Origin: an uncultured Woeseia sp.
Lineage (GTDB): Bacteria > Pseudomonadota > Gammaproteobacteria > Steroidobacterales > UBA11654
Assembly: GCA_964454905.1 (NCBI GenBank)
Contig: CAYVTR010000004.1
Span: 7,309-71,308, forward strand
DNA length: 64,000 bases
Reading direction: 5' to 3'
Shown here: piece by piece, positions 11,343 through 22,969 of the stretch
Layout of the letters: every line of letters begins with the position of its first letter
Numbering within the stretch: the first letter of the stretch is position 1
Position numbers and translations under genes: made by a program
The notes under the pieces: model-generated
Told to the model about the DNA's origin: nothing
The model's database searches: none
Seen by the model: the letters and a program-made list of their open reading frames with translations, nothing else

Positions 11343-14300
11343 ATGAAGAACCTATTAAATATATTTAACCAAAAAACACTTACTGAAGACTTTGATTACA
11401 TAAGGATAGCTTTAGCTTCTCCTGAGTTGATTAGGTCATGGTCTTATGGTGAAGTTAAGAAGCCAGAGACCATTAATTATCGTACGTTTAGACCAGAAAG
11501 GGATGGTTTATTCTGCGCAAAGATATTTGGACCAGTCAAGGATTATGAATGCTTATGTGGAAAATATAAAAGATTAAAACACCGAGGGGTAGTTTGCGAA
11601 AAATGTGGCGTTGAAGTAACTCAAAGTAAAGTACGAAGGGAGAGAATGGGCCACCTTGAACTAGCTAGTCCAGTTGCACATATTTGGTTCCTAAAATCTC
11701 TTCCATCTAGAATCGGTTTACTTCTAGATATGACTTTAAGAGAAATAGAAAGAGTATTGTATTTTGAAGCATATCTTGTAACTGACCCTGGAATGACTGA
11801 CCTTAAGAGAGGTCAACTTTTGTCTGAAGAAGAGTACATTGAGGCTTTGGAAGAGTACGGCGATGATTTTTCAGCAGCAATGGGAGCTGAGGCAATACAT
11901 GACATTCTAAAGAGTATAGATCTAAAGGTAGCAATGGACCTTATTCATGAAGACATAAAGTCTACAGCATCTCAAATTAAGATTAAACGATATCAAAAAC
12001 GAATAAAACTATTAGAGTCTCTTATTAAGTCTGGCAATAGACCTGAATGGATGATTTTAAAAGTACTGCCAATTTTACCTCCAGATTTAAGACCACTTGT
12101 CCCGCTTGATGGCGGAAGATTTGCAACATCTGATTTAAATGATTTATATCGAAGAGTTATCAATAGGAATAATAGATTACAAAGGCTTTTGGATCTGAAT
12201 GCGCCTGAAATCATAGTTAGAAATGAGAAAAGAATGCTACAGAAATCAGTAGATGCTCTTTTGGATAACGGAAGAATGGGACGAGCAGTAACTGGATCTA
12301 ATAAACGCCCACTGAAGTCATTAGCAGATATGATAAAAGGTAAGCAAGGTAGATTTAGACAAAATTTGTTAGGAAAAAGGGTTGATTACTCTGGAAGGTC
12401 AGTAATTGTTGTGGGACCGACGTTGAAATTACATCAGTGTGGAATACCTAAGAAAATGGCACTTGAGCTCTTTAAACCATTTGTTTTTAGTAAACTAATT
12501 TATCAAGGTGAAGCGTCTACAATAAAGTCAGCTAAAAGGTTAGTAGAGCAAGAAGGACCTGAGATATGGGATATTCTTGACGGTGTAATTAGGCAACACC
12601 CTGTTTTATTGAATAGAGCTCCTACACTTCATAGATTGGGCATTCAGGCGTTTGAACCGGTTTTGATTGAAGGTAAAGCGATCCAACTTCACCCATTAGT
12701 TTGTAAAGCATTCAATGCAGATTTTGATGGCGATCAGATGGCAGTGCATGTTCCCCTCTCAATTGAAGCACAATTAGAGAGTAGAGCACTTATGATGTCA
12801 TCTAATAATATTCTGTCCCCAGCAAATGGTGACCCTATTATTGTTCCATCTCAAGATGTTGTTCTGGGCTTATATTATATGACAAGGGAAAAAGTTAATG
12901 ATAAAGGTGAAAACACCATATTTGCAGATGTTAAAGAGGTTGAAAGAGCTTTTTTTCATGGCTTTGTTGGACTGCATGCACGAATTAAATTAAGAATTCA
13001 AAAGCATGAAAATAAAGATCTAAAGAGTGAGATTATTGAAACAACTGTGGGAAGAGCACTATTTTCTAGAATTCTTCCTAATGAAATTCCTTTTGCAGAA
13101 ATTAATAAAGCAATGGACAGTAAAGCAATTTCTCAACTAATTAATAAGACTTATCGAGAGGTTGGTCTAAAGGCCACTGTCGTTTTTGCTGATAAACTTA
13201 TGTACCTAGGTTTTGAATATGCAACAAAATCAGGTGTCTCTATAGCACTAGATGATATGGTTGTTCCTGATACAAAAGAGGATATATTGTCTGAGGCAGA
13301 ATCACAGGTTAAAAATATACAAAGTCAGTTTACTTCAGGGTTATTAACTCAGGGCGAAAGATATAATAAGGTTGTAGATATTTGGTCCAGAACTAATGAC
13401 CAAGTTGCATCAGCTATGATGGATAAGTTAGGCAATGAAGTAGTAAAAGATTCAGAAGGAAAAAAACAAGAACAGGCTTCTTTTAATTCTATTTTTATGA
13501 TGGCTGACTCTGGAGCAAGAGGTTCAGCAGCTCAGATCAGACAGTTGGCTGGCATGAGAGGGCTAATGGCAAAACCTGATGGATCAATTATTGAAACACC
13601 AATCACAGCAAATTTCAGAGAAGGGTTGAATATTCTTCAATATTTTATCTCAACCCATGGTGCTCGTAAGGGATTAGCTGATACTGCTTTAAAAACAGCA
13701 AACTCTGGGTATTTAACAAGAAGATTAGTTGATGTAGCTCAAGATCTAGTAATTTCTGAAGAAGATTGTGGGACAAAAAATGGGCTCACAATTACTGCTG
13801 TTGTCGAAGGTGGTGAGATTGTTCAGAACTTAAGTGAAAGGGTTTTAGGTAGAGTGACTTCTCAACCGATAAAGGATAGAGAGAATAAAAAAGTTATTCT
13901 TAAAAAAGGCACTTTAATTGATGAAGATAACGTAATACTTATTGATGAGCATGGGGTTGATGCAGTTAGTATACGAACCCCTGTCACTTGTGAAACTAAT
14001 CATGGGCTATGCATTAAATGTTATGGCAGGGATTTAGCAAGAGGCCAAATAGTCGATATTGGTGAAGCTGTAGGTATAATTGCTGCTCAGTCTATTGGTG
14101 AACCTGGAACTCAATTGACAATGAGGACCTTTCATATAGGTGGAGCTGCTTCGAGTGCTGCTGCTCAAAATTCTATCGAGATCAATAATGATGGAATAGT
14201 TTCTCTATATAATCTGAAAACTATTAAAAACGTAGATAAGAATTTAGTAGCGGTTAGTAGATCTGGTGAAATTATTATCTCTGATCAATATGGCAAGGAA

Positions 14301-15539
14301 AGAGAACGCTATAAGGTTCCTTATGGTGCAATTATTAATATTAAAGATGGACAAAAAGTAAAAGCTGGTGATCTTATCTCTACATGGGATCCACATACAC
14401 ATCCAATAGTTGCAGAAGCTGATGGCATCATAAAATTTGAGGATTTTGTAGATGGAGTGACAGTAACAGAGCAAATTGATGAGATAACGGGGCTATCAAA
14501 TATTATGATTATGGACTCCAAAAAACAAACAAGCACAACTTCTCTAATAAGACCTAAGGCGGCTTTAGTTAATGGAAAGGGTCATTCCATTATGTTTACT
14601 AAAACTGAAACCCCAATAGTTTACATATTCCCTGCTGGAGCTATTATAAGTATTCAGGATGGAGCAAAAATAAATGCTGGCGATGTTATTGCCAGAATCC
14701 CTCTTGAGTCTTCAAAAACGAGTGATATTACTGGGGGGTTACCAAGGGTTGCTGACTTATTTGAAGCAAGAAAACCTAAAGATGCCGCCATTTTGGCTAA
14801 ACATTCAGGAATAACAAGTTTCGGCAAGGAAACAAAAGGTAAAGTAAGGTTAGTCATCACGGATGATAACGGGGACTCTCATGAGGAACTGATACCTAAA
14901 ATAAGAACTTTGAATATTTTTGAAGGTGAAAGTATCCAAAAAGGTGAAATTATTTCGGATGGTGAATTAAGTTTACATGATATTTTAGAAGTTCAAGGCG
15001 TTGATGCGTTAGCAAAGTATCTAGTTAAAGAAGTACAAGATGTTTACCGACTTCAAGGGGTACCAATTAATGATAAACATATAGAAATCATTATTAGACA
15101 AATGATGAGAATCGTAGTAATTGCAGAGTCAGGGGATACTAATTTATTACCTAATGAAATGATTAATAAGTCAGAGCTTCATGATATTAATAGCAAAATT
15201 ATGTTTGAAGATCTCAGGCCTGCTAAATATAAACCTATGATAATGGGAATAACAAAAGCTTCTCTAGCAACGACATCTTTTATTTCAGCTGCTTCTTTCC
15301 AAGAAACAACACGTGTACTGACAGAAGCTGCAGTTAAGGGTTCGACGGATAAATTGAGAGGCCTAAAGGAGAATGTAGTGGTTGGCCGACTTGTTCCTGC
15401 TGGAACAGGATATATAACTGAAGCTGATGCTACATCTATTGCTGAAGAAGAATTTGCCAAAGGATTGCAGGATTTAGATGATTCTAAACAAAGTCAAAGA
15501 AATTCTGAAACTAAGGTTGCAGAAGCAAAAGAAATTTAA
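11343..15539 (+). CDS. rpoC: DNA-directed RNA polymerase subunit beta'
   Basis: Zn finger CLCGKYK..C.KCGVE, catalytic NADFDGDQM. 1398 aa with a gamma-type lineage insertion. Confidence 0.98.
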   Translation: MKNLLNIFNQKTLTEDFDYIRIALASPELIRSWSYGEVKKPETINYRTFRPERDGLFCAKIFGPVKDYECLCGKYKRLKHRGVVCEKCGVEVTQSKVRRERMGHLELASPVAHIWFLKSLPSRIGLLLDMTLREIERVLYFEAYLVTDPGMTDLKRGQLLSEEEYIEALEEYGDDFSAAMGAEAIHDILKSIDLKVAMDLIHEDIKSTASQIKIKRYQKRIKLLESLIKSGNRPEWMILKVLPILPPDLRPLVPLDGGRFATSDLNDLYRRVINRNNRLQRLLDLNAPEIIVRNEKRMLQKSVDALLDNGRMGRAVTGSNKRPLKSLADMIKGKQGRFRQNLLGKRVDYSGRSVIVVGPTLKLHQCGIPKKMALELFKPFVFSKLIYQGEASTIKSAKRLVEQEGPEIWDILDGVIRQHPVLLNRAPTLHRLGIQAFEPVLIEGKAIQLHPLVCKAFNADFDGDQMAVHVPLSIEAQLESRALMMSSNNILSPANGDPIIVPSQDVVLGLYYMTREKVNDKGENTIFADVKEVERAFFHGFVGLHARIKLRIQKHENKDLKSEIIETTVGRALFSRILPNEIPFAEINKAMDSKAISQLINKTYREVGLKATVVFADKLMYLGFEYATKSGVSIALDDMVVPDTKEDILSEAESQVKNIQSQFTSGLLTQGERYNKVVDIWSRTNDQVASAMMDKLGNEVVKDSEGKKQEQASFNSIFMMADSGARGSAAQIRQLAGMRGLMAKPDGSIIETPITANFREGLNILQYFISTHGARKGLADTALKTANSGYLTRRLVDVAQDLVISEEDCGTKNGLTITAVVEGGEIVQNLSERVLGRVTSQPIKDRENKKVILKKGTLIDEDNVILIDEHGVDAVSIRTPVTCETNHGLCIKCYGRDLARGQIVDIGEAVGIIAAQSIGEPGTQLTMRTFHIGGAASSAAAQNSIEINNDGIVSLYNLKTIKNVDKNLVAVSRSGEIIISDQYGKERERYKVPYGAIINIKDGQKVKAGDLISTWDPHTHPIVAEADGIIKFEDFVDGVTVTEQIDEITGLSNIMIMDSKKQTSTTSLIRPKAALVNGKGHSIMFTKTETPIVYIFPAGAIISIQDGAKINAGDVIARIPLESSKTSDITGGLPRVADLFEARKPKDAAILAKHSGITSFGKETKGKVRLVITDDNGDSHEELIPKIRTLNIFEGESIQKGEIISDGELSLHDILEVQGVDALAKYLVKEVQDVYRLQGVPINDKHIEIIIRQMMRIVVIAESGDTNLLPNEMINKSELHDINSKIMFEDLRPAKYKPMIMGITKASLATTSFISAASFQETTRVLTEAAVKGSTDKLRGLKENVVVGRLVPAGTGYITEADATSIAEEEFAKGLQDLDDSKQSQRNSETKVAEAKEI

Positions 15540-15544
15540 ATTAC

Positions 15545-15573
15545 TTGAACCATTGGCTATAGAAGAATAGAAT
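15545..15573 (+). promoter_or_regulatory. candidate sigma70 promoter upstream of rpsL
   Basis: TTGAAC (15545-15550), 17-nt spacer, TAGAAT (15568-15573), 29 nt upstream of the rpsL ATG. Read by eye only. Confidence 0.35.
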
Positions 15574-15601
15574 CCCTCAGAATTTATTTTGAAAATTAAT
15601 T

Positions 15602-15976
15602 ATGACAACCATTAATCAATTAGTTAGAAAATCTAGAAAAAGGAAAATAGTTAAAAATAATGTTCCAGCTCTAGAAGGCAAGCCTCAAAAGCGAGGGGTC
15701 TGCACTCGTGTTTATACTACAACACCAAAAAAACCTAATTCTGCTTTAAGGAAGGTTGCAAGAGTTAGGTTAACTAATGGTTATGAAGTGACCAGTTATA
15801 TCGGTGGTGAGGGACATAATCTTCAAGAACATTCTGTGGTTTTAATTAGAGGAGGAAGGGTCAAGGATCTTCCTGGAGTTCGTTATCATACTATTCGTGG
15901 AACTTTGGATTGCTCTGGAGTTAGGGATAGAAGGCAGGGTCGATCAAAATATGGTGCAAAAAGGCCAAAGGGTTAA
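15602..15976 (+). CDS. rpsL: 30S ribosomal protein S12
   Basis: KKPNSALRK and [14 protein letters not shown] blocks. 124 aa. Confidence 0.97.
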   Translation: MTTINQLVRKSRKRKIVKNNVPALEGKPQKRGVCTRVYTTTPKKPNSALRKVARVRLTNGYEVTSYIGGEGHNLQEHSVVLIRGGRVKDLPGVRYHTIRGTLDCSGVRDRRQGRSKYGAKRPKG

Positions 15977-15978
15977 TC

Positions 15979-16458
15979 ATGTCTAGGAGAAATGCAGCAA
16001 TAAAAAGAGAGATCTTACCTGATCCAAAGTTTTCTAGTCGATTATTGGCTAAATTCATAAATATGATTATGAAAGATGGTAAAAAATCTACTGCAGAAAC
16101 CATTGTTTATGAGGCTCTAGATACTTTAGTAAGCAAGCTTGGACATCCCATTGAGAAAGCACCTGAAATATTTGAAGAAGTTTTGGATAAAGTAAAACCA
16201 GTAGTTGAAGTAAGATCAAGAAGAGTTGGTGGCGCTACTTATCAAATACCCGTTGAAGTGAGACAGGAAAGAAGAGAAGCATTGGCGATGAGATGGCTAA
16301 TAGAATCTGCCAGATCCAGACAAGAAAAGAGCATGAAAATTAAGCTTGCTAATGAGTTACTTGATGCATCAAATGACAGAGGCAATGCAATCAAAAAGAA
16401 AGAAGACACACATAAAATGGCAGAAGCTAATAAAGCATTCTCTCATTTCCGCTGGTAA
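15979..16458 (+). CDS. rpsG: 30S ribosomal protein S7
   Basis: [19 protein letters not shown] block. Starts 2 nt after rpsL. Confidence 0.97.
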   Translation: MSRRNAAIKREILPDPKFSSRLLAKFINMIMKDGKKSTAETIVYEALDTLVSKLGHPIEKAPEIFEEVLDKVKPVVEVRSRRVGGATYQIPVEVRQERREALAMRWLIESARSRQEKSMKIKLANELLDASNDRGNAIKKKEDTHKMAEANKAFSHFRW

Positions 16459-16492
16459 TTCATTCTCCCAAACTGAATTTTGAGACATAAAA

Positions 16493-18586
16493 ATGGCTAG
16501 AATTACACCAATAGAAAGATACAGAAATATAGGTATTATGGCCCATATTGATGCTGGGAAAACAACGACAACAGAGCGTGTTTTATTTTATACAGGTATA
16601 TCTCATAAAATAGGAGAGGTACATGATGGAAATGCTGTCATGGACTGGATGGAACAGGAGCAAGAAAGAGGCATCACGATTACTTCTGCAGCTACAACTT
16701 GTTTCTGGCAAGGAATGGACCAACAGTTTGAACAACATAGAATTAATATTATTGATACTCCAGGCCATGTTGATTTTACAATTGAGGTAGAGAGATCACT
16801 TAGAGTTCTTGATAGCGCAGTTGCAGTATTTTGTGCAGTTGGTGGAGTTGAACCACAATCTGAAACAGTTTGGAGACAAGCAAATAAGTATTCTGTTCCG
16901 AGATTAGCTTTTGTTAACAAAATGGATAGGGCTGGTGCAGACTTTCTTCGAGTTGTTGGGCAAATCAAAGATCGACTTGGAGCTAATGCAGTTCCAATTC
17001 AGATTCCAATAGGCGCTGAAGAAAATTTTAAAGGCGTTATTGATTTGATTCGAATGAAAGCGATTAATTGGTCTGAAGATGATTTAGGAGCAACTTATGT
17101 CGAAGAAGATATTCCTGAAGAATTAAGTACCACATGTGAAAAATATAGAGAAGCAATGATTGAGGTAGCAGCCGAGGCATCTGAAGATCTTTTAAACAAA
17201 TATTTAGAGGATGGAGAACTCGATAATAATGAAATTATAAAAGGCTTAAGAATAAGAACTCTTAATAATGAAATAGTGCCGGTTATTTGTGGCTCTGCTT
17301 TTAAAAATAAAGGCGTCCAAGCTATGCTGGATGCTGTTATCCACTTCTTACCTTCGCCCTTAGATAAGCCAGCAATTGTTGGTATCTCAGAAGACGGATC
17401 AGATAGTAGTAGAAAGTCTGATGACAATGACAAATTCTCTGCTTTAGCCTTTAAGATTGCCAATGATCCCTATGTTGGTAATTTAACCTTTTTTAGAGTT
17501 TATTCTGGAGTATTGAACTCTGGAGACACGATATATAATCCATTAAAAAGTCAGAAAGAGAGAATTGGACGAATACTTCAAATGCATTCTAATACAAGAG
17601 AGGAAATCAAAGAGGTACGTGCGGGTGATATTGCAGCTGCAGTAGGTTTAAAAAATGTTACTACAGGAGATACTTTATCTGATTTAAAAAACATTATCAC
17701 TTTAGAGAAAATGGAGTTTCCAGATCCTGTTATTTCAGTAGCAGTTGAACCTAAGTCCACAGAAGATGAATCCAAAATGGGAATTGGCTTACAGAAATTA
17801 GCCAAAGAAGATCCATCATTTAAAGTTAAGACCGATGAAGAGTCTGGCCAGACAATTATTTCAGGAATGGGTGAATTACACTTAGATATTATTGTAGATA
17901 GGTTATCTAGAGAATTTAATGTTGATGCAAATGTAGGTAGACCTCAAGTTGCTTATAGAGAGACCATTAAGAAGAATGTTGAACAAGAAGCAAAATTTGT
18001 AAGACAATCTGGTGGTAGAGGCCAATATGGTCATGTTTATATCAGGATTGAGCCCCAAGAAGCAGGCACAGGATATGAATTTGTTAATGAAATCAAAGGT
18101 GGGGTCATACCAAAAGAGTTTATACCCGCTGTTGATAAAGGTGTCAAAGAACAAATGTCAAATGGTGTTATTACTGGTTTCCCAGTGGTTGATGTAAAAG
18201 TTAGTCTATATGATGGTTCATTTCATGATGTCGATTCTAGTGAAGTTGCTTTTAGGGTCGCCGGCTCTATGGCCTTTAAACAAGGCGCTTTGAAAGCTAG
18301 TCCTGTTTTATTAGAGCCTGTAATGAAGGTTGAGATTGTAACACCAGAAGATTACATGGGTGATGTAAATGGTGATTTAAGTAGAAGACGAGGTATATTA
18401 CAAGGAATGGATGAATCACCTGCTGGAAAAATTATTAAAGCAGAAGTACCACTTGCTGAAATGTTTGGTTATGCAACAGACTTAAGATCTATGAGTCAGG
18501 GTAGAGCTACGTATACAATGGAATTCGAAAAGTACAGTGAAGCACCTAGGCAGCAAGCTGAAGCATTATCAATTAACGAAGGATAA
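16493..18586 (+). CDS. fusA: elongation factor G
   Basis: [17 protein letters not shown] and NKMD motifs. 697 aa. Follows rpsG. Confidence 0.98.
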   Translation: MARITPIERYRNIGIMAHIDAGKTTTTERVLFYTGISHKIGEVHDGNAVMDWMEQEQERGITITSAATTCFWQGMDQQFEQHRINIIDTPGHVDFTIEVERSLRVLDSAVAVFCAVGGVEPQSETVWRQANKYSVPRLAFVNKMDRAGADFLRVVGQIKDRLGANAVPIQIPIGAEENFKGVIDLIRMKAINWSEDDLGATYVEEDIPEELSTTCEKYREAMIEVAAEASEDLLNKYLEDGELDNNEIIKGLRIRTLNNEIVPVICGSAFKNKGVQAMLDAVIHFLPSPLDKPAIVGISEDGSDSSRKSDDNDKFSALAFKIANDPYVGNLTFFRVYSGVLNSGDTIYNPLKSQKERIGRILQMHSNTREEIKEVRAGDIAAAVGLKNVTTGDTLSDLKNIITLEKMEFPDPVISVAVEPKSTEDESKMGIGLQKLAKEDPSFKVKTDEESGQTIISGMGELHLDIIVDRLSREFNVDANVGRPQVAYRETIKKNVEQEAKFVRQSGGRGQYGHVYIRIEPQEAGTGYEFVNEIKGGVIPKEFIPAVDKGVKEQMSNGVITGFPVVDVKVSLYDGSFHDVDSSEVAFRVAGSMAFKQGALKASPVLLEPVMKVEIVTPEDYMGDVNGDLSRRRGILQGMDESPAGKIIKAEVPLAEMFGYATDLRSMSQGRATYTMEFEKYSEAPRQQAEALSINEG

Positions 18587-18592
18587 AAAACT

Positions 18593-18907
18593 GTGGCAGA
18601 TAATCAAACAATTAGAATAAGGCTTAAGTCCTTTGATCATAAACTTATTGATTCTTCAACTGAAGAGATAGTAGAAACGGCAAAAAGGACAGGATCAACT
18701 GTTTCAGGTCCAATACCTCTTCCTACCTCAAGAGAGAAATTTACTGTGCTTATTTCACCTCATGTGAATAAAGATGCAAGGGATCAATATGAGCTAACAA
18801 CACACAAGAGAGTTATGGATATATTGAATCCTAGTGACAAAACAGTTGATGCACTAATGAAGCTCGAATTACCTGCTGGTGTTGATGTTCAAATTAAATT
18901 GAACTGA
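18593..18907 (+). CDS. rpsJ: 30S ribosomal protein S10
   Basis: [16 protein letters not shown] and [14 protein letters not shown] blocks match E. coli S10. GTG start with AAGGA 9 nt upstream, inside the fusA 3' end. Confidence 0.96.
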   Translation: MADNQTIRIRLKSFDHKLIDSSTEEIVETAKRTGSTVSGPIPLPTSREKFTVLISPHVNKDARDQYELTTHKRVMDILNPSDKTVDALMKLELPAGVDVQIKLN

Positions 18908-18926
18908 AGTTCAAAATTGATATAAT
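18899..18926 (+). promoter_or_regulatory. candidate extended -10 promoter at the rpsJ stop
   Basis: TTGAAC (18899-18904), 16-nt spacer, TGATATAAT (18918-18926, TGnTATAAT form). It would generate a roughly 210-nt leader ahead of rplC. Could be chance in AT-rich DNA. Confidence 0.3.
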
Positions 18927-19144
18927 TCCCGAACGCTTTGGGGCTAAGTATTAAACATGCTTGAATAGTCTTTCTCTTAAAGGGATAGAGTTACAAAAAT
19001 GCGTTGGTTTAGTGGAAATAGTATTTATTAGTTTTATTGCTAAATAGTCAATAAAAATCAATGACATACGTTTTTCTTCTAATAAAAAATAGTTAATGAA
19101 AAATACTAATATAAAAAGTTTAAATTACTTACTGGAAACAAGGA

Positions 19145-19933
19145 ATGATAGGCATTGTTGGGAAAAAGTGCGGGATGACGAGAGTTTTTACAGACGATGG
19201 GCGCTCTGTACCGGTTACTATTGTTCAAGCAAATCCTAATTTCATTAACAAAATCAAGACTAAAAGCACCGATGGCTATGATGCTATCCAAGTAACTACT
19301 GGCCAAAGAATCAAAAAACTATCAAAACCTAATCAAGGTCAAATCAAATCTACCAAAAAAGAACATTCCTCTAGACTGCATGAATTCAGATTAAATCACC
19401 ATGAGATTGACAAAGTTGAGACAGGAAAAGAAATAACTGTTGATTATTTTCAAAAAGGTGAATTAGTAGATATTTCTGGAAAAACCATTGGCAAAGGATT
19501 TGCAGGTGTTATTAAAAGACACAATTTTAGTATGCAGGATGCAACTCATGGTAATTCCTTGTCACACAGAGCTCCAGGGTCGATTGGTCAGAACCAAACA
19601 CCTGGTCGTGTTTTTAAAGGTAAAAAGATGTCAGGACAAATGGGTAATGTTAAGAGGACAATTCAGAATCTTGAGGTTGTTGAGATTGATAGTGAAAGAA
19701 ATCTGATCTATGTAAAGGGATCATGTGTAGGCCACGATAATAGTTATTTAGTTATTACACCGTCTATAAAATCTAAACAAAAAGAAAGAGAAATATTTCC
19801 ACAATTTGATCTCGAAGAAACCCCAGAAACCCCAGAAACCCCAGAAGCAGCAGCTCAAACAGACGAAACCCCAGAAACCCCAGAAGCAGCAGCAGATTCT
19901 GGTGGCGAAGACGAAAAGAAGAAAGATAAATGA
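19145..19933 (+). CDS. rplC: 50S ribosomal protein L3 with repeat-containing acidic C-terminal extension
   Basis: MIGIVGKKCGMTRVF matches E. coli MIGLVGKKVGMTRIF. 262 aa versus about 209; the extra residues form a C-terminal Glu/Thr/Pro/Ala tail. Confidence 0.96.
   Translation: MIGIVGKKCGMTRVFTDDGRSVPVTIVQANPNFINKIKTKSTDGYDAIQVTTGQRIKKLSKPNQGQIKSTKKEHSSRLHEFRLNHHEIDKVETGKEITVDYFQKGELVDISGKTIGKGFAGVIKRHNFSMQDATHGNSLSHRAPGSIGQNQTPGRVFKGKKMSGQMGNVKRTIQNLEVVEIDSERNLIYVKGSCVGHDNSYLVITPSIKSKQKEREIFPQFDLEETPETPETPEAAAQTDETPETPEAAADSGGEDEKKKDK
19817..19893 (+). repeat. in-frame tandem repeats inside the rplC 3' end
   Basis: GAAACCCCA x3 (19817-19843). The 29-nt block GAAACCCCAGAAACCCCAGAAGCAGCAGC is present twice (19826-19854 and 19865-19893), 39 nt apart, encoding ETPETPEAAA twice. 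Confidence 0.9.
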
Positions 19934-20547
19934 AAGTTGATATAAGAAAACAAGACAATACTAAACTTGAAAGCATTGATCTCAATAAGGCTGTGTTTGG
20001 TGCACGGGTCAATGATGGTTTAGTGCATCAGGTTGTGACAGCATATTTGTCTAATGCAAGATCAGGAACAAAGGGACATAAAAATAGATCTACAGCTAGT
20101 GGAGGAGGAATAAAACCTTGGAGGCAAAAAGGAACCGGTAGAGCTAGAGCAGGAACTATCAGAAGTCCATTGTGGGTAGGAGGTGGAAAAACCTTTAATT
20201 CTAATAATCAGAACTTCTCAAAGAAAATTAATAAGAAGGTTTATAAGACAGCAATGAAATCTATACTCACTAGCTTATTAAAAAATAAAAGACTGATAGT
20301 CATTGATGCTCTCAAAATAGACAAGCCAAAAACAAAAGAAATGAGTGAAGTTCTTAAATCATTAGAAGTTGATGATGCACTTATCGTTGTAGATGAAAAA
20401 CAAACTAATTTAGATCTTGCCTCAAGAAATATCCCAAAAATAGAGCTTATAACTGCAGAACAAATGAATCCTTTAAGTCTAATAAGCCATGAAAATGTTG
20501 TGATAGACACAGCTGGTATAAAGAAAATTGAGAGTATTTACGGATGA
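19930..20547 (+). CDS. rplD: 50S ribosomal protein L4
   Basis: KPWRQKGTGRARAG block. ATGA overlap with the rplC stop. Confidence 0.96.
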   Translation: MKVDIRKQDNTKLESIDLNKAVFGARVNDGLVHQVVTAYLSNARSGTKGHKNRSTASGGGIKPWRQKGTGRARAGTIRSPLWVGGGKTFNSNNQNFSKKINKKVYKTAMKSILTSLLKNKRLIVIDALKIDKPKTKEMSEVLKSLEVDDALIVVDEKQTNLDLASRNIPKIELITAEQMNPLSLISHENVVIDTAGIKKIESIYG

Positions 20548-20855
20548 GTCAAAAAATTAGACATGATCAGATAAGAACAATTCTCATTGAGCCTCATGTC
20601 TCTGAGAAAACTACTTTATTAAACCAAAACAGTGGTCAGATTGCTTTTAAAGTAAGATCAGATTCAAATAAGAAACAAATAAAAAGAGCTGTTGAAGAAA
20701 TGTTTAATGTAAAAGTTAGCTCGGTAAAAACAGTGTCTGTTAAAGGCAAGAAGAAGAGAATGGGAATGCGAAGTGGAAAAACTAATGATTGGAAAAAGGC
20801 TTATATCAAGCTTGAAGAAGGTCAAAACTTAGATTTCATGAATACAGAAGTATAG
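20544..20855 (+). CDS. rplW: 50S ribosomal protein L23
   Basis: 103 aa, conserved position, ATGA overlap with rplD. KIAFKV../KVSSVKT pattern of L23. Confidence 0.93.
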   Translation: MSQKIRHDQIRTILIEPHVSEKTTLLNQNSGQIAFKVRSDSNKKQIKRAVEEMFNVKVSSVKTVSVKGKKKRMGMRSGKTNDWKKAYIKLEEGQNLDFMNTEV

Positions 20856-20858
20856 ATA

Positions 20859-21686
20859 ATGGCAATAATCAAAGCAAAACCAACATCCCCAGGAAGAAGA
20901 TTTGTCCAAACTATCAAGTCTGATGGTCTACATACAGGTAGACCACATAAGTCACTAGTTTCTGGTTTAAGAAAAACAGGCGGAAGAAATAACCAGGGAA
21001 GAATGACTACAAGACATATTGGAGGTGGTCATAAAAAATTATATAGGATGATTGACTTCAAAAGAAATAAAGATGATATACCAGCAATTGTTGAAAGAAT
21101 AGAATATGATCCAAACCGTTCTTCTCATATTGCACTTATTCTTTATAAAGATGGAGAAAGAAAATATATAATTTCACCCAAGAAACTAAAACAAGGCGAC
21201 AAATTGGTTTCTGGAGAGAAGGCACCCTTAGATATCGGTAATTCACTCCCACTTAATAATATTCCTGTTGGAACAGTTGTTCATTGTATTGAGATGAAGC
21301 CGGGTAAAGGAGCTCAAATTGCTCGTTCAGCTGGGACAAGTGCACAATTGCTTGCAAAAGAGGGTAATTACGCAACTCTGCGTTTGAAATCTGGAGAAGT
21401 AAGAAAAATACTGATTAGTTGTAGAGCAACAATTGGTGAGGTAGGACATTCTGAACATAACCTCAGAAAATTAGGTAAAGCAGGTGCTAAGAGATGGAGA
21501 GGTGTGAGACCTACCGTAAGAGGAGTTGCGATGAACCCTGTTGATCATCCACATGGAGGGGGCGAAGGCAAAACGTCAGGCGGTAGAGACCCTGTTTCTC
21601 CTTGGGGAGTTCCAACTAAAGGTTTTAAGACAAGGTCTAATAAGACCACGGATAAATTTATTGTAAGAAGAAGGAAAAGGAAATAA
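20859..21686 (+). CDS. rplB: 50S ribosomal protein L2
   Basis: GGGHKKLYR and [14 protein letters not shown] blocks. Confidence 0.97.
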   Translation: MAIIKAKPTSPGRRFVQTIKSDGLHTGRPHKSLVSGLRKTGGRNNQGRMTTRHIGGGHKKLYRMIDFKRNKDDIPAIVERIEYDPNRSSHIALILYKDGERKYIISPKKLKQGDKLVSGEKAPLDIGNSLPLNNIPVGTVVHCIEMKPGKGAQIARSAGTSAQLLAKEGNYATLRLKSGEVRKILISCRATIGEVGHSEHNLRKLGKAGAKRWRGVRPTVRGVAMNPVDHPHGGGEGKTSGGRDPVSPWGVPTKGFKTRSNKTTDKFIVRRRKRK

Positions 21687-21688
21687 AT

Positions 21689-21970
21689 ATGCCAAGATCA
21701 ATAAAAAAAGGACCATTCGTGGATCTACATCTACAAAAGAAAGTTGAACAAGCAAATGCTCAAGGTGGTAGCAGAGCAAGAATTAAGACTTGGTCACGGA
21801 GGTCAATGATTATTCCAGATATGGTTGGTATGACTATTTCTGTACATAACGGCAGGGAACATGTTCCTATATTAATTTCTGAGAACATGGTTGGACATAA
21901 ATTAGGTGAATTTGCCCCAACAAGATTGTTCAGAGGGCATTCAGCAGATAGAAAAACAACAACTAGCTAA
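21689..21970 (+). CDS. rpsS: 30S ribosomal protein S19
   Basis: [13 protein letters not shown]-terminus, [10 protein letters not shown] and [11 protein letters not shown] blocks. Confidence 0.97.
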   Translation: MPRSIKKGPFVDLHLQKKVEQANAQGGSRARIKTWSRRSMIIPDMVGMTISVHNGREHVPILISENMVGHKLGEFAPTRLFRGHSADRKTTTS

Positions 21971-21976
21971 AACATT

Positions 21977-22309
21977 ATGAAAGTAACTTCAACATTGAGA
22001 TATGCGAGAATATCGCCACAAAAGACCCGCCTAATTATTGATATGATTAGGGGCTCTGATGTGTTGCAAGCTATGAAGTTAGTTCAATTTCTTCCACAGA
22101 AAGCGGCAAAAATAGTTAGAAAAATCTTGGATTCTGCAGTTGCTAATGCTGAAAATAATTTTGGCTTAGACATTGATGATCTCAAAGTAAGCCAAGCTTT
22201 TGTTAATGAAGCGCCTACTTTGAAAAGGTTTAGAGCTAGAGCAAGAGGTAGAGGAACAAGAATCCTTAAAAGAAATAGTCATATAACAATAGAAATTTCA
22301 GACGAGTAA
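21977..22309 (+). CDS. rplV: 50S ribosomal protein L22
   Basis: 110 aa, RISPQKTRL..IRG pattern, conserved order. Confidence 0.95.
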   Translation: MKVTSTLRYARISPQKTRLIIDMIRGSDVLQAMKLVQFLPQKAAKIVRKILDSAVANAENNFGLDIDDLKVSQAFVNEAPTLKRFRARARGRGTRILKRNSHITIEISDE

Positions 22310-22312
22310 ATT

Positions 22313-22951
22313 ATGGGACAAAAAGTACATCCAATTGGCATCAGATTAGGCATCAGTAAAAACTGGGAGTCTAGATGGTTTTCTAGTTCTTCAGAATATT
22401 CAAAATATGTTTTTCAGGATTTTAAAATAAGGGAATATCTTACAAAACAATTAAAAGATGCGGCTGTAAGTAGAATACAAATTGATAGAAGTTCTGAGAA
22501 TGTGACTATATCAATATTCTCAGCAAGGCCTGGTATTGTAATTGGTAAAAAAGGTGAAGGAATCGAATCTCTTAGAAGAGAGGTTGCGAAACTGCTGGAC
22601 AGTTCCATAAATAATATCCTGTTGAATATAAAAGAAATCAAGAAACCAGAACTTGATGCAAAGCTTGTTGCTTCTTCTATAACCCAACAATTGGAACGAC
22701 GTGTGCTTTATAGGAGAGCCATGAAAAGAGCAGTCACTAATACAATGCGACTAGGTGCTCATGGGATAAAAGTAAAGGTATCGGGAAGGCTTAATGGAGC
22801 TGAAATTGCTAGAACTGAATGGTACCAAGAAGGTAGGGTTCCTCTCCATACTCTTAAAGCAAATATTGATTACGGTGTCTCAGAAGCAAAAACAACTTAT
22901 GGAATTATTGGTGTAAAAGTTTGGATTTTTCAAGAAGACGAAACCAATTGA
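22313..22951 (+). CDS. rpsC: 30S ribosomal protein S3
   Basis: [14 protein letters not shown]-terminus, KH motif GKKGEGIE. 212 aa; lacks the basic C-terminal tail of E. coli S3. Confidence 0.96.
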   Translation: MGQKVHPIGIRLGISKNWESRWFSSSSEYSKYVFQDFKIREYLTKQLKDAAVSRIQIDRSSENVTISIFSARPGIVIGKKGEGIESLRREVAKLLDSSINNILLNIKEIKKPELDAKLVASSITQQLERRVLYRRAMKRAVTNTMRLGAHGIKVKVSGRLNGAEIARTEWYQEGRVPLHTLKANIDYGVSEAKTTYGIIGVKVWIFQEDETN

Positions 22952-22969
22952 GATAAATAAGAGAAAGAA

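Noticed and set aside
18908-19144. Idea that the spacer is a decayed tufA remnant or contains a tRNA
   Set aside because: All frames are full of stops and I see no EF-Tu-like peptide fragments. There is no GTTCGAAT-type T-arm or acceptor pairing. GGTTTAGTGGAAATAGTA only superficially resembles a D-arm.
19106-19306. 66-aa minus-strand ORF reaching into the rpsJ-rplC spacer
   Set aside because: Most of it is antisense to the conserved 5' end of rplC and no RBS is visible. It does not explain the spacer.
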